NCBI GenBank assembly: GCA_934717555.1
Contig: CAKUYY010000005.1
Coordinates: 3,290-67,289, forward strand
Direction: 5' to 3'
DNA: 64,000 nt
From: an uncultured Clostridium sp.
Lineage (GTDB): Bacteria > Bacillota > Clostridia > Oscillospirales > Acutalibacteraceae
The notes below the pieces were generated by a model. That model was not told the origin of the DNA, ran no database searches, and worked only from the letters and a program-made list of their open reading frames with translations. This document shows positions 35,732 through 46,665 of this stretch, one piece after another. The stretch's first letter is position 1. Each line of letters begins with the position of its first letter. Position numbers and translations under genes: made by a program.

Positions 35732-35984
35732 ACTTTTCTATATCATACCGCACGGTTTCTAAAATGTCAATAAAAACAATCTGCAAATCAAAAAATATTT
35801 TTTGCAGATTATCAAAATTCTTGTCACATTATGTCCAATATGATAGGTGAATACAGTATACTCCACCTCTGTGAAAAAAGCAAGCAACGATTGCGTACTA
35901 TTTTTTAATAAGGTATAATTGATTTATTACAGATATTTTTCTAACTTCATTCGTATGGATTTTATCTCAGTGGGAGGAGTTGCT

Positions 35985-37517
35985 ATGGTTTCCCATGTAA
36001 ATAGCTTGGGATTATTGGGCATGGATGCGTTTCCCGTGGAAGTAGAGACCGCATTGTCCAATGGAATGCCAGCCTTCGATATGGTAGGGCTTCCTGATAC
36101 TGCTGTAAAGGAATCCAGGGAACGGGTACGCGCCGCCATGAAAAACTGCGGCTTTTCCTTTCCCGCTACCCGGATTGTCACCAATCTTGCCCCCGCCGAC
36201 ATCAAAAAAGAGGGGCCTATTTATGATCTTCCTATCTTGGTTTCCCTGCTCAAGGCCACTGGGGAACTTCCTTCTTCTCTGGACGACTGCGCGTTTATCG
36301 GGGAACTATCCCTATCCGGCAACGTACGTCCTGTCCGCGGCGTCCTTCCAATGGCCATCCAGGCGAAAAGTTCGGGGATACAAAAACTTTTTGTCCCTGC
36401 GGAAAATGCTTTGGAAGGCGCGGTGGTAGAGGGGCTGCAAGTTTATCCAGTCTCTTCCATTGTATCTCTGTTAGACCATTTTTCCGGCAGGGTTCCTATC
36501 ATCCCTGCCGTGCCCCATATCCCCTCTTATCCGGAGAACAGCCTTCTTCCTGATTTCTCCCAGGTGAGGGGGCAGAATGACGCCAAGCGCGCTTTGGAAA
36601 TTGCGGCCGCAGGCGGGCATAACGTGCTGATGATAGGCCCTCCGGGTTCCGGCAAAAGTATGCTGGCCAAGCGCCTGCCGTCCATACTCCCTGACATGAC
36701 TTTATATGAACAGATGGAAACCACAAAAATCCATTCCATCGCGGGCGTCCTCCCTCATGGCAGTTCCTTGATCCATACCCGCCCTTTTCGTTCTCCCCAT
36801 CATACCATTTCTTCCGCCGGCCTTTCCGGTGGGGGCGTTATTCCCCGCCCTGGGGAACTTTCTCTTGCCCACAACGGCGTGCTCTTTTTGGATGAATTGC
36901 CGGAGTTTTCCCGGGCCGCCATCGAGGTGCTCCGCCAGCCTATCGAGGATGGAACCGTAACCATTTCCCGTGTGAACAGTACACTCACATATCCCTGTTC
37001 TATTATGCTGGTGGCTGCCATGAACCCCTGTCCTTGCGGATATTTTGGGCACCCCACCCATCCCTGTACCTGTTCTTTTTCAAAGGTTTCCCGCTATCTC
37101 GCTAGGGTTTCCGGTCCCTTGCTGGACCGTATGGATCTCCACGTGGAAGTTCCTCCTGTCAGTTTTGACCATTTGGACTCCCAGGAAACAGGTGAATCCT
37201 CTCGTCAAATAAAAGCCCGTGTAGATGCCGCCCGCAACTTACAGAGGGAACGGTATCAGTCCGCCGGCATTTCCTGCAATGCCAGAATCCCTTCTTCCCT
37301 GCTTCACAGTGTATGCGATATGACAGAAGATGCACGCGCCCTTCTCAAAAACTCTTTTGAAAAATTGGGGCTTTCCGCCCGTGCCTATGACCGAATCCTG
37401 AAAGTATCCCGTACCATCGCCGATCTTGACCACCAGGAAAAAATAGACAGCTCCCATATTGCGGAAGCTGTCCAATACCGTACGCTGGACCGGAAATATT
37501 GGGATAAGCCCCTTTGA
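35985..37517 (+). CDS. comM: YifB/ComM family Mg-chelatase-like AAA+ ATPase
   Basis: The ORF track starts at 35919, but an ATG at 35985 sits behind GGGAGGAG. It has the Walker A motif MIGPPGSGKSM, GVLFLDELPEF and a C-terminal Mg-chelatase domain. Confidence 0.9.
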   Translation: MVSHVNSLGLLGMDAFPVEVETALSNGMPAFDMVGLPDTAVKESRERVRAAMKNCGFSFPATRIVTNLAPADIKKEGPIYDLPILVSLLKATGELPSSLDDCAFIGELSLSGNVRPVRGVLPMAIQAKSSGIQKLFVPAENALEGAVVEGLQVYPVSSIVSLLDHFSGRVPIIPAVPHIPSYPENSLLPDFSQVRGQNDAKRALEIAAAGGHNVLMIGPPGSGKSMLAKRLPSILPDMTLYEQMETTKIHSIAGVLPHGSSLIHTRPFRSPHHTISSAGLSGGGVIPRPGELSLAHNGVLFLDELPEFSRAAIEVLRQPIEDGTVTISRVNSTLTYPCSIMLVAAMNPCPCGYFGHPTHPCTCSFSKVSRYLARVSGPLLDRMDLHVEVPPVSFDHLDSQETGESSRQIKARVDAARNLQRERYQSAGISCNARIPSSLLHSVCDMTEDARALLKNSFEKLGLSARAYDRILKVSRTIADLDHQEKIDSSHIAEAVQYRTLDRKYWDKPL

Positions 37518-37587
37518 TTATTTTTTATCATAGTAAAGGGTTTTTTGATCAATAAGCGCTCTATCATTTGTAAATTTTAAATATAGG

Positions 37588-37622
37588 AAAAGGCAAGCGC
37601 AAAATGCCCGCGCTTGCCTTTT
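37588..37622. terminator. Bidirectional terminator between convergent comM and the MATE gene
   Basis: AAAAGGCAAGCG-caaaatgccc-CGCTTGCCTTTT. Confidence 0.75.
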
Positions 37623-37626
37623 CTGT

Positions 37627-38985
37627 TTAATGGTTTAGATTCTCCCGTTGTTTTTGTTTCCAGTCTTTTGTGATCAGAAAAAGACTGATCATGGCCGCGA
37701 TAGCTTCCGCCGCAGGCATAGCGCTCCATACCCCATCGATCCCCCAGAGGGCGGAAAGGATGGCAATAGACGGGACAACCGCCACAATTCCCCGCATGAT
37801 GGAAATGAGAAACGCACTTCTGGATTGCCCTATACAGGCAAAATAAGAAATAGTAACAATATTGATCCCCATAAATAAAAAGGTAACAAAAGTAATCCGG
37901 ATTCCCTGTATGGCTAGCTCCGCCAAATAAGGGTCCTTTTCCCCATTAAACACAGAAGTAATCCATTCGGGAAAAATCCAGCCGGCCGCCAAAAAGGAGA
38001 CACCAAATATCAGTGCGGTAAAACAAGCGTACCGATAGACTTTTTGGGCCCACAAAGGTTTTCCCGCCCCATAATATACACTGATAATCGGCTGGATCCC
38101 TTGACCAATTCCATTAAACATCGCCATACATACCAGGGCGATATTAGTAATAATCCCATAGGCCGCCACCGCCGTATTCCCTGAAATGGCAAGCAGGGTT
38201 ATGTTAAATAACAGCATCACAATCCCATAACTGAATTCTGTGACAAAGGAGGGTGCCCCTGTCGCCGCCACACGGAAAAACTCCCTCCATTTCCCCTGAG
38301 GCCTGCAAATCCGCACCCCGCTCTTTCCACGAAACCAATGGATCGACAACACGCACAGGCTGATGACCGGAGAAAGGCCTGTGGCAAACGCCGCGCCAAA
38401 CATCCCCATATGAAGTGGGAAAACAAAAATGTAATCCAGGACAATATTAGACATACTGGCTGTCAGCATCGCCGCCATAGATAAATGGGGCGCCCCATCG
38501 TTGCGCACAAAACAAATACAGATATTATTCACCAGAAAAGCGATGGAAAAAGAAAGGATTGTCTGGATATATGATGACGCCAAAGGGACGATTTCCTCTG
38601 AAGCGCCCAAGAGCATCACCAAAGGCCGGGAAGCAAATATCCCCATCAAGGTCAGCAATACGCCCGCCATTCCCCCGGCCAGCAGCATCTGGGAAAAAAG
38701 CACCGATCCCCGGGAATGATTCCCCTGCCCCTGTGCCATGGAAAAATGGGTCGCTCCTCCCATTCCCAGCATTAAGCCGATACCGTTTACAAAACTATAA
38801 ACCGGCAAAACCAGATTCAATGCTGCTAATCCCCGTGTACCCACCCCATTGGCAATAAAATAGGTATCTGCCAATACATACAGGGACAAACCCAGCATAC
38901 TGAGCACATTCAAAGAAACATAGCGCAGGAAATGGTGTGCCATTTTTCCCTGTAACAGACTGTTTTTCTCCGACAAAAATTTCAC
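37627..38985 (-). CDS. MATE family efflux transporter
   Basis: 452 aa with 12 predicted TM segments and typical MATE N-terminal context (LSLYVLADTYFIANGVG). Confidence 0.85.
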   Translation of the reverse strand: MKFLSEKNSLLQGKMAHHFLRYVSLNVLSMLGLSLYVLADTYFIANGVGTRGLAALNLVLPVYSFVNGIGLMLGMGGATHFSMAQGQGNHSRGSVLFSQMLLAGGMAGVLLTLMGIFASRPLVMLLGASEEIVPLASSYIQTILSFSIAFLVNNICICFVRNDGAPHLSMAAMLTASMSNIVLDYIFVFPLHMGMFGAAFATGLSPVISLCVLSIHWFRGKSGVRICRPQGKWREFFRVAATGAPSFVTEFSYGIVMLLFNITLLAISGNTAVAAYGIITNIALVCMAMFNGIGQGIQPIISVYYGAGKPLWAQKVYRYACFTALIFGVSFLAAGWIFPEWITSVFNGEKDPYLAELAIQGIRITFVTFLFMGINIVTISYFACIGQSRSAFLISIMRGIVAVVPSIAILSALWGIDGVWSAMPAAEAIAAMISLFLITKDWKQKQRENLNH

Positions 38986-39113
38986 TCCTTATTCTTTAGA
39001 AATATAATAAAGTAAATTTTATATAGTTTCTATTTATTAAGTAGTTAATCACTTAAAAAGCCGGTAGTCCGGCTCTCGATATCCGTCCTAACGGCTTATT
39101 ATGATTTATCCTA

Positions 39114-39602
39114 TTATTTTTTCTTCTGTATCATCTGGAATAAAATTTCCTTTATCTTTTCTACAGTCATTCCCTGGTACAGGACACCATTGATTTTACA
39201 GTTAGGGGAAGTACGGCACTGACGCATACAGCCTGTGGTACGCACTGTTATCTGATTGGCAAGCTCCGGGTATTGACGGCACATTTCCTGAACCGCCTGA
39301 TAGAGTTTCTGTGACCCTTTTTTTCCACAATTTGGCCCGCCGCAGATCACAAGGTCACACCGCTGTTCTTCCCCTCGAATGCTGGGATACCTCTTGAAGA
39401 TTGCCTGCAAATAGGTATGCTTGATCTCCATAACCTTTTCAATTTCTTCCTGCGCCCAAAACGGAACACATCCAAATATTTCCTGAACTTCCCGCAGGAA
39501 TCCGATCAAAGCTTCTTGGCTCCGGTCCTCTGATTTCTCATAGTATCTCTTAACCTGTTCAAATTCTTCCCTAGGGTCCATCCTTTCCACCTCCAGTATC
39601 AT
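39114..39602 (-). CDS. Thioredoxin-like [2Fe-2S] ferredoxin domain protein (NuoE-like)
   Basis: 162 aa with Cys ligand pattern ICGGPNCGKKG ... TTGCMRQCRTSPNC. Confidence 0.65.
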   Translation of the reverse strand: MILEVERMDPREEFEQVKRYYEKSEDRSQEALIGFLREVQEIFGCVPFWAQEEIEKVMEIKHTYLQAIFKRYPSIRGEEQRCDLVICGGPNCGKKGSQKLYQAVQEMCRQYPELANQITVRTTGCMRQCRTSPNCKINGVLYQGMTVEKIKEILFQMIQKKK

Positions 39603-39637
39603 TCTTCCACAGAGGAAAACATGTTATCCACATTCCT

Positions 39638-40117
39638 TCACTTATGATACTTTCCATCCTGCGCAATCTGAAACGCCCGGTAAACCTGCTCACACAGCAT
39701 CACCCGGGCTAATTGATGGGGAAATGTCATAGGGGACATGGATAATTTCAATCTGGAAGCCCGCTTGACCTCTTCCGATAATCCCCAAGAACCCCCAATC
39801 GCAAAACAAACCTTGCTGTTTCCATCTATTGCAAGCTTCTGCAGGGTTTTGGACAAATCCGGCGAGGACAGTTCTTTCCCTTCAATGCAAAGGGAAATCA
39901 GTACAGCATCCCCGGTCTTTGAGAGAATCCTTTTTCCCTCTTCCTGAAGCGCCTGCTCAATCTGTGCCGGCGACGCTTTCTCCGGTACCCGGCTTTCCTC
40001 CAGCTCTACAATGGAAAAACGGCAGAAACCGGTTAACCGTTTAGCATATTCCGCACATGCGTCCCGCCAGTACTTTTCCTTACATTTTCCAATACAAACC
40101 ACTGTCACTGTCAACAT
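39638..40117 (-). CDS. rlmH: 23S rRNA (pseudouridine1915-N3)-methyltransferase
   Basis: 159 aa SPOUT protein with GKCKEKYWRDACAEYAKRL, AIGGSWGLSEEV and LSMSPMTFPHQLARVML. Confidence 0.9.
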   Translation of the reverse strand: MLTVTVVCIGKCKEKYWRDACAEYAKRLTGFCRFSIVELEESRVPEKASPAQIEQALQEEGKRILSKTGDAVLISLCIEGKELSSPDLSKTLQKLAIDGNSKVCFAIGGSWGLSEEVKRASRLKLSMSPMTFPHQLARVMLCEQVYRAFQIAQDGKYHK

Positions 40118-40127
40118 AAGCTCTTCC

Positions 40128-40922
40128 TCAAAACAGGATTGTATGCCCCCCTATATTTTCCCGAGGAGCCACCATCAGTTCGAAATCCAGTCCCTGTTTC
40201 ATCCCGCAGGCCTGCAAAGAACACAACGCCGTTTGATACGCCAATTCGGGAATATTATTTTCCTGGCTTAAGTGTGCCAACACAAAACGGGTCGTCCCGC
40301 TTTGGGCAAAGGCAGGCAATTCCCCAGCACAGGCTTCATTGGATAAATGTCCCTGTTTAGAAAGAATACGGCGTTTGAGATAATAGGGATAAAAGCCATT
40401 TTGCAGCATCCTGACATCATGGTTAGACTCAATCACCGCGATATCGCAACCACTGACCGCTTCAAAAACTGTCTGCGAAAAATAGCCCAGGTCAGTAGCT
40501 ATGGCAATTTTTCTACCATCCGAGGTATGTATACAAAACCCTATACTTTCCCGGCTGTCATGGGGCGTACGAAAAGGTACCACCCGCATATTCGCCACTT
40601 CCATTCCTTCCCATCCAATAACATCCGCAGAAAACTTTTCACTCAGCGCCCCGGCTTCTTCCATCCCTTCCAAGGTCCCCCGTGAGGAATACACCGGAAT
40701 ATGATAGCGGGAGGCTAGCACACGCACCCCCTTGATATGGTCGCTGTGTTCATGGGTGACAAAAATGGCCTGAACCCGTTTGATATCCAGTTCATTGGCA
40801 CGCATAGCGTTCTCAATCTGTTTGGCGCTTCGTCCCGCATCCACTAGAATCCCGCTTCCAGAAGCCTCGATATAATAACTGTTTCCGCTGCTTCCGCTGA
40901 ACAACGGGCATAATTTCGCCAT
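40128..40922 (-). CDS. MBL-fold metallo-hydrolase (YycJ/WalJ-like)
   Basis: 264 aa with the HEHSDH motif. Confidence 0.8.
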   Translation of the reverse strand: MAKLCPLFSGSSGNSYYIEASGSGILVDAGRSAKQIENAMRANELDIKRVQAIFVTHEHSDHIKGVRVLASRYHIPVYSSRGTLEGMEEAGALSEKFSADVIGWEGMEVANMRVVPFRTPHDSRESIGFCIHTSDGRKIAIATDLGYFSQTVFEAVSGCDIAVIESNHDVRMLQNGFYPYYLKRRILSKQGHLSNEACAGELPAFAQSGTTRFVLAHLSQENNIPELAYQTALCSLQACGMKQGLDFELMVAPRENIGGHTILF

Positions 40923-40993
40923 CTTTCGACCTCTTCTCTACAAAAAAGAACTGTTCTGCAACAGTTCTCTTTTTACTCTTTTTCTATTACAGG

Positions 40994-42280
40994 TTACAGG
41001 GCCGCTTTGGCAGAAACCTTGTCAGCAACGCTTACGCGTTGGATATCCGCTCCCAACGCTTGGAATTTTTCCACAATATTTTCATAGCCCCGTTCAATAT
41101 GCTCTATTTCCTCTACCTGTGTCACACCGCGCGCGGCCAATCCGCCAATCACCATCGCAGCGCCGGCCCGCAGGTCCGTAGCTTTCACTGGGGCTCCTAC
41201 CAGTTCGTTTACCCCTTCAATGACGGCAATCTTTCCATCCACGGATATCTGAGCGCCCAAACGGCGCAGTTCTTCTACATAGCGATACCGGTAATCCCAA
41301 ACGCTTTCATTCACAATGCTGGTCCCTCTGGCCAAAGACAGCAAGACCGCGAACTGTGGCTGCATATCGGTGGGGAAACCAGGATGAGGCATCGTCTTTA
41401 TGTTGCACTTATTGAGAGGGCCGTCCCGCACAATACGGACCGCCTCATCATATTCCTCCACCTTTACACCCATTTCTTCCAGCTTGGCAGTAATGGATTC
41501 CAAATGTTTTGGGATCACATTGCGCACTGTTACATCCCCGCCTGTCGCGGCAGCCGCTACCATATACGTCCCCGCCTCAATCTGGTCGGGAATGATAGAA
41601 TAACAAGCACCGGACAAATGGGAAACACCGCGGATCTTAATGACGTCGGTACCAGCCCCGCGGACATCCGCGCCCATGGAGTTCAGGAAGTTTGCCAAAT
41701 CCACAATATGAGGCTCTTTGGCAGCATTTTCAATGACTGTCATCCCTTTGGCTTTGACAGCAGCCAGCATGATATTGACAGTAGCGCCCACGGAAACCAC
41801 ATCCAAATAGATATTGTTTCCCATGAGTTTATCGGCATGGACATTGACCACGCCGCCTTCTAAATTATAGTCTGCCCCCAACGCGGCAAATCCCTTCAAA
41901 TGCTGGTCAATAGGGCGCACGCCAAAATCGCACCCGCCCGGCATGGCTACTACCGCGCGGGAAAAACGGCCCAGCAGAGCCCCCAGCAAGTAGTAAGAAG
42001 CCCTCATCTGGTGAACCAGTTCATAAGACGCCACTGGAGATACAATATGGCGGGGGTCAATTTCCAATGTGGTACGGTTAATCATCTTGACAGTGGCGCC
42101 CATTTGCTGCAAAATCCGGGCGATAATGGATACATCTTTAATATTGGGAATATTTTCAATCCGACATACGTCGTCGGCCAAAATGACGGCAGGGATAATG
42201 GCGACCGCAGCGTTTTTTGCTCCGCTGATATTAACATCGCCGTATAATTTATTTCCACCCGTTATGATAAACTTATCCAA
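40994..42280 (-). CDS. murA: UDP-N-acetylglucosamine 1-carboxyvinyltransferase
   Basis: 428 aa. It has ISGAKNAAVAIIPA, active-site context GGCDFGVRPIDQH and FPTDMQPQ. Confidence 0.95.
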   Translation of the reverse strand: MDKFIITGGNKLYGDVNISGAKNAAVAIIPAVILADDVCRIENIPNIKDVSIIARILQQMGATVKMINRTTLEIDPRHIVSPVASYELVHQMRASYYLLGALLGRFSRAVVAMPGGCDFGVRPIDQHLKGFAALGADYNLEGGVVNVHADKLMGNNIYLDVVSVGATVNIMLAAVKAKGMTVIENAAKEPHIVDLANFLNSMGADVRGAGTDVIKIRGVSHLSGACYSIIPDQIEAGTYMVAAAATGGDVTVRNVIPKHLESITAKLEEMGVKVEEYDEAVRIVRDGPLNKCNIKTMPHPGFPTDMQPQFAVLLSLARGTSIVNESVWDYRYRYVEELRRLGAQISVDGKIAVIEGVNELVGAPVKATDLRAGAAMVIGGLAARGVTQVEEIEHIERGYENIVEKFQALGADIQRVSVADKVSAKAAL

Positions 42281-42650
42281 CGCGGCACACTCCTAAATCT
42301 AAAATTCTCCTCAAATGCTTCTATACTCTTACAATTTTTTCATTTTATGCATATTTTATTAAAAATGAAAGAAAGCCGGTCTTTGTTTCTTTTTTCTCTG
42401 TTACACAAGGCCAGCTCTTACTCAATTATTATAAACAAATTGTTAGGAAAAATCCCAATTACCTTGCTAGATGATAATATAGAATACATAAAAAGTCAAG
42501 GATAGAACTGTCAGAAATTCTATAGGAAACTTTCCAATTTTTTTACACTGCAATAAAAAGCTGACCGATAAAGTTTTCTTATAATCTTTTTTAGAATTAT
42601 TTGCAGAAAATAAATACAAAAAACAAAAAAATGTTTCCTATTTATTTCAT

Positions 42651-43571
42651 TTATTCTCCAGAAAGCATGTAAAAACATCTGTTTTCTTCCTGTACGCCTA
42701 CTTCCAAGCGCCGGCATAAATCCTGAAAATCCGCTGGAAATTCCTGCTTCACAGAAAAAGGCTTTCGGGTCACAGGATGAACCCCATACATAAAACCGCA
42801 ATGAAGAGCTTGCCGGTCAATCTGTTCTCTGCTTCCTCCATACATATCGTCCCCTGCCAACGGCATACCCAAATGGGAAAAATGCACGCGGATCTGATGC
42901 GTACGCCCCGTCTCCAATTGAATACGAAGCAACGTATGTCCGTGGCCGCAGCCTAACGACTGCCAGTGGGTAACCGCGCTCACGCCTCCTTCTCCCACTT
43001 CCCTCTGGATCGTATGCCCATCTTTGATACGGATGGGGGCATCTATGGTCCCTTTGCCGGTTAATATACCCTGGCAAACGGCAAAATATTCCTTTCGCAG
43101 GCCATTTCCTGACAACTGCGAAGCGCAATATGCATTCTTTGCCACCGCTACTAGTCCAGAGGTATCCCGGTCCAGGCGGTTAATCGGGCGAAACGTCCAG
43201 CTTTCCCCTTTTTGTTCCGCATAACAACGTGCGGCATTGGCCAGCGTGTCCCTGTCGTGCCCTGGGGATGGATGTACCGGCATACCGGCTGGCTTTTCAA
43301 AAAAGACCAGATGATCGTCTTCCCATGCTGCTTTAATAAGATCCCCATTGCCCGGTATGCTATTCCGTTCCTCAGGCAGGTTTAACTCCACCAGGTCACC
43401 TTCTTCCAGGCAATGGACTACCCACACCGGTTCCCCATTGACCAGGATACCGCCTTGCGTCCGTTTTAACCGGATCAACAGACGGGCGGAGATTCCACAA
43501 TATCCCCGCAAAAATCCCTTTACTGTAGCCCCATGATAGTTGGAAGGAACCTTAAAACGCAATTGAGCCAT
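42651..43571 (-). CDS. RluA-family 23S rRNA/tRNA pseudouridine synthase (RluD-like, with S4 domain)
   Basis: The ORF extends to 43619, but the ATG at 43571 sits behind GGGGAGGAAAAGA. Catalytic motif HRLDRDTSGLV variant (INRLDRDTSGLVAVAK), plus GRTHQIRVH. Confidence 0.85.
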   Translation of the reverse strand: MAQLRFKVPSNYHGATVKGFLRGYCGISARLLIRLKRTQGGILVNGEPVWVVHCLEEGDLVELNLPEERNSIPGNGDLIKAAWEDDHLVFFEKPAGMPVHPSPGHDRDTLANAARCYAEQKGESWTFRPINRLDRDTSGLVAVAKNAYCASQLSGNGLRKEYFAVCQGILTGKGTIDAPIRIKDGHTIQREVGEGGVSAVTHWQSLGCGHGHTLLRIQLETGRTHQIRVHFSHLGMPLAGDDMYGGSREQIDRQALHCGFMYGVHPVTRKPFSVKQEFPADFQDLCRRLEVGVQEENRCFYMLSGE

Positions 43572-45408
43572 TCTTTTCCTCCCCAGGCTGCCCGATGTAG
43601 TCGCGGATCGCTGTAACAAATATTTCCCCGAAACGCTCCAGTTTCGACGCTCCTACGCCGCTGATTTCCCGCATTTCTTCCAAATTTGCCGGTCGTTTTG
43701 CACACATGTCCCGCAGTGTTGCATCCGTAAACACAACATAGGCGGGAACACCCATACGGTCTGCTTGCTGTTTTCTCAGTTTTTTCAGCTTTTCCAACAG
43801 GACAGGATCCACTTCGGCCTCAATTTTAGGAGCTGGAGGCGACACCTTCTTTTTGGAAGCAAACACTTTCATATGTAAGGAAGTTTCCCCATTTCTCAAC
43901 TCCCCGCTGGAAGATGTGAATTTCAAAATAGGATACTCCCCTTCCAAAACGGAAAGATATCCTTGATTCACTAAATGGTCGATCATAGCACGCACTTGTC
44001 TTTTCTCCATCCCAGCGAGGCTACCATATCCAGGCAGATGGTCAAAATGCATCTGAGAGATCCTAGCGGTCTTGGCACCCACAGCGATATCCACCACCAT
44101 ACCCGCCCCGAACCTCTGACCCGTCTGGGCCACTATGCCCAACAGACTTTTGGCGGATTCCGTCACATCCACTAAGCTGCTGTTATCCTGGCAGTTACTG
44201 CAATTTTGGCATTGGTCGGGCGCTTTCTCCCCAAAATAACGCAGGAGGAACTGGCGCAGGCAGGTATTAAGGGTAGCGTAAAAAGTCATCTGTTTCAGTT
44301 TTTCATATTCCCTGCGGCGCAGCCTTTCCTTTTGTGTCTCTGTCAGAGTTTCGCTGTCCTCCAATCCCCGGTCAATTAAAAACCGGCACAGACGCACATC
44401 CGCCCCGGAATATAAAAGAATACAATCCGCTGGGGCTCCGTCTCTGCCAGCACGGCCGGCTTCCTGATAATACTGCTCCAAATTCATGGGTATGTGATAA
44501 TGGATCACAAAAGACACATTAGATTTATCAATTCCCATACCAAATGCATTGGTCGCCACCATAACCCTGCTTCGGTCAAATAGAAACGCTTCCTGATTTT
44601 GTAGTCTTTCCTGATCCGAAAGCCCCGCGTGATAGCGCAGCGCGGAGATCCCCCGGGCGTTAAGTTCCTCACAAAGTTCATCCACACTCTTTCGCGTGCT
44701 GCAATAGATAATCCCGGATTTTTCCGGATACCGCCGCACATACTGCAAAATATAATCTGTCTTATCCCTGGGCCTTTCCACCGCGAAATAGAGATTCTTC
44801 CGGTCAAATCCCGTGGTAACACAGTAAGGGTCCTGTAATTGCAGCTGAAGCAGGATATCCTCCTTGACCTGCCGGGTAGCGGTGGCAGTGAACGCCGCCA
44901 CTACTGGACGTTTGGGGAGCTGCTGTACAAACTCAAAAATTTGGGTATAACTGGGACGGAAGTCATGCCCCCACTGGGAAATACAATGGGCTTCATCCAC
45001 TGCCAGCAAAGAAATTGGCGTATGTCTCGCAAAGTCCAGAAATACCTCTGTAAACAGGCGTTCTGGAGCTACATAAATGATTTTATATATGCCCTGCTTT
45101 GCGTTATACATAGCGGCGGACATTTGCCGCGGCGTAAGGGAACTGTTAAAATAAGCGGCCCGTATCCCTGCCTGATTTAAAGCGGTCACCTGATCTTTCA
45201 TAAGGGAAATCAGCGGCGAAACGACCAGCGTAATCCCTTTCATAGCAATAGCGGGCACCTGATAACAAATGGATTTTCCCGCCCCTGTGGGCATGATGGC
45301 AAGAACATCCCTTCCGCCAAGAATACTCTCGATCACCTCTTCCTGTCCCTGCCGAAACTGGGAGTATCCATAATAACGTTGCAGGACGGATAAAGCTTGT
45401 GGAATCAT
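43552..45408 (-). CDS. recQ: ATP-dependent DNA helicase RecQ
   Basis: The ORF extends to 45519, but the ATG at 45408 sits behind AAAGAGGAGG. It has FRQGQEEVI, the Walker A motif PTGAGKS, a DEAH box (VDEAHCISQWGHDFRP), a zinc-binding region, RQC and a C-terminal HRDC domain. Confidence 0.95.
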   Translation of the reverse strand: MIPQALSVLQRYYGYSQFRQGQEEVIESILGGRDVLAIMPTGAGKSICYQVPAIAMKGITLVVSPLISLMKDQVTALNQAGIRAAYFNSSLTPRQMSAAMYNAKQGIYKIIYVAPERLFTEVFLDFARHTPISLLAVDEAHCISQWGHDFRPSYTQIFEFVQQLPKRPVVAAFTATATRQVKEDILLQLQLQDPYCVTTGFDRKNLYFAVERPRDKTDYILQYVRRYPEKSGIIYCSTRKSVDELCEELNARGISALRYHAGLSDQERLQNQEAFLFDRSRVMVATNAFGMGIDKSNVSFVIHYHIPMNLEQYYQEAGRAGRDGAPADCILLYSGADVRLCRFLIDRGLEDSETLTETQKERLRRREYEKLKQMTFYATLNTCLRQFLLRYFGEKAPDQCQNCSNCQDNSSLVDVTESAKSLLGIVAQTGQRFGAGMVVDIAVGAKTARISQMHFDHLPGYGSLAGMEKRQVRAMIDHLVNQGYLSVLEGEYPILKFTSSSGELRNGETSLHMKVFASKKKVSPPAPKIEAEVDPVLLEKLKKLRKQQADRMGVPAYVVFTDATLRDMCAKRPANLEEMREISGVGASKLERFGEIFVTAIRDYIGQPGEEKNGSIAF

Positions 45409-45590
45409 AGCGCCCTCCTCTTTGATTAGTAAGCCTATTATATCATATTTTGTAGAAAGGAAGCGGCAGGAAGAAGAGAAATATTTTGATTCTTCCCTTT
45501 GATAAAGACTTTTTTTCACATTTTATTGCATCATTTATTATAAAAAATTCTCCCTTACCTTTGCGGGCATCAGAGAGGAAAAATATTTTT

Positions 45591-46064
45591 TCATTTCATA
45601 CACTTTGTTCCATTGGTAAAGAGAAAAATAGAATCCTCATACAGGAATTCTTGATGCATGTATCCCTCAATCACATTTCTCCAAAACAGGTAGGCTCTTT
45701 GACTGCCGTAAGCGGGCCGTACTTCCCAATTACCCGGATACTTTTCAAAGATGCTTACCGCTACTTTTCTTCCAATCCCTTTTCTCCTGTATTTGGGGAT
45801 TACCATAAACTCAGCGATACTGTGCCCGTCCTGAAATCTCTCCACATGTTCGTTTACCATAACAAACCCAAGCAATTGATTGCAATCAGATTTTTTGATT
45901 AAATAAGCATCCCGGCTGTCGTCACTAAAGTAGGCGTCAAACCATTCATAGGAAAAGGTCCCGTCCTGGTTCATCTCGTTGGAGTCTGTACCGCTTTCCT
46001 CAAATAAGGAATACTGTAAAAGCCTGTATAAAACTTCTCTATCCTTTTCTGTAACCTGCTCCAA
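45591..46064 (-). CDS. GNAT family acetyltransferase
   Basis: 157 aa with EFMVIPKYRRKGIGRKVA as acetyl-CoA binding motif A. Confidence 0.75.
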   Translation of the reverse strand: MEQVTEKDREVLYRLLQYSLFEESGTDSNEMNQDGTFSYEWFDAYFSDDSRDAYLIKKSDCNQLLGFVMVNEHVERFQDGHSIAEFMVIPKYRRKGIGRKVAVSIFEKYPGNWEVRPAYGSQRAYLFWRNVIEGYMHQEFLYEDSIFLFTNGTKCMK

Positions 46065-46261
46065 ATTTCATTCCATGGTATCCCCCATTTCTATATAACA
46101 AATTTTCTTTTTATTTTATCTCATCATAGAAATATGTACAAGGAGATGATTTTTGATAATAAAAATTGAGTTACTATTTTTTCTTCCTTTCATTTGTTTG
46201 AGACAAACATTTTTATATTAAATATACAGATTCTTTTTGATTTTATTGGCAATAATTTCAA

Positions 46262-46290
46262 TTGCAAATCAAAACCTTATCCCTTATACT
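46262..46290 (+). promoter_or_regulatory. Sigma-A type promoter for the leuA leader
   Basis: TTGCAA-17 nt-TATACT. Confidence 0.55.
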
Positions 46291-46295
46291 AATAA

Positions 46296-46608
46296 ACAAT
46301 CAGTTGAAATACGTGGAAGAGGAATAGTAGGGACATTGAACCCTTCAGAGAGTTGCCGGTTGGTGGAAGGCAGTGGGGAATTTGTTTTGAACTGGCCTTG
46401 AAGTAGCGCGTTGAATCCTTGCAAGAGAGGTAGTAGGCGTTGCCGGGACCTGACCGTTACAGCAGGAGGATATAAGATCATAAAGTTTGATCCGTATCTA
46501 AAAAGAGGGCATATTTCTTTCCGACAAGAAATATGAATTAGAGTGGTACCGCGTGGAACGATTACGAGTTCTTCGTCTCTAAGGAAATGGAGATGAAGGG
46601 CTTTTTTT
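46296..46608 (+). promoter_or_regulatory. T-box riboswitch leader of leuA
   Basis: It carries an AGAGAG motif, a GGTGGAA distal-loop-like element and the T-box sequence AATTAGAGTGGTACCGCG (46536-46553). The terminator is CTTCGTCTC-10 nt-GAGATGAAG followed by GGCTTTTTTT (46571-46608). Confidence 0.85.
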
Positions 46609-46665
46609 ATTGCCGCCATCTCCCCCTATTCTAAGTTTTTATTTTTTGGAAAGGATGCGACATCT

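Noticed and set aside
42281-42650. 370-bp AT-rich spacer upstream of murA, inspected for a riboswitch, small RNA or toxin-antitoxin
   Set aside because: Only a plausible promoter (TTGACT-17-TATCAT) and weak hairpins were seen. The 93-aa ORF (42520-42801) overlaps the rluD-like 3' end and looks non-coding.
46284-46619. 111-aa minus-strand ORF upstream of leuA
   Set aside because: It exactly overlaps the plus-strand T-box leader, including the T-box sequence and terminator. The RNA element explains the region.
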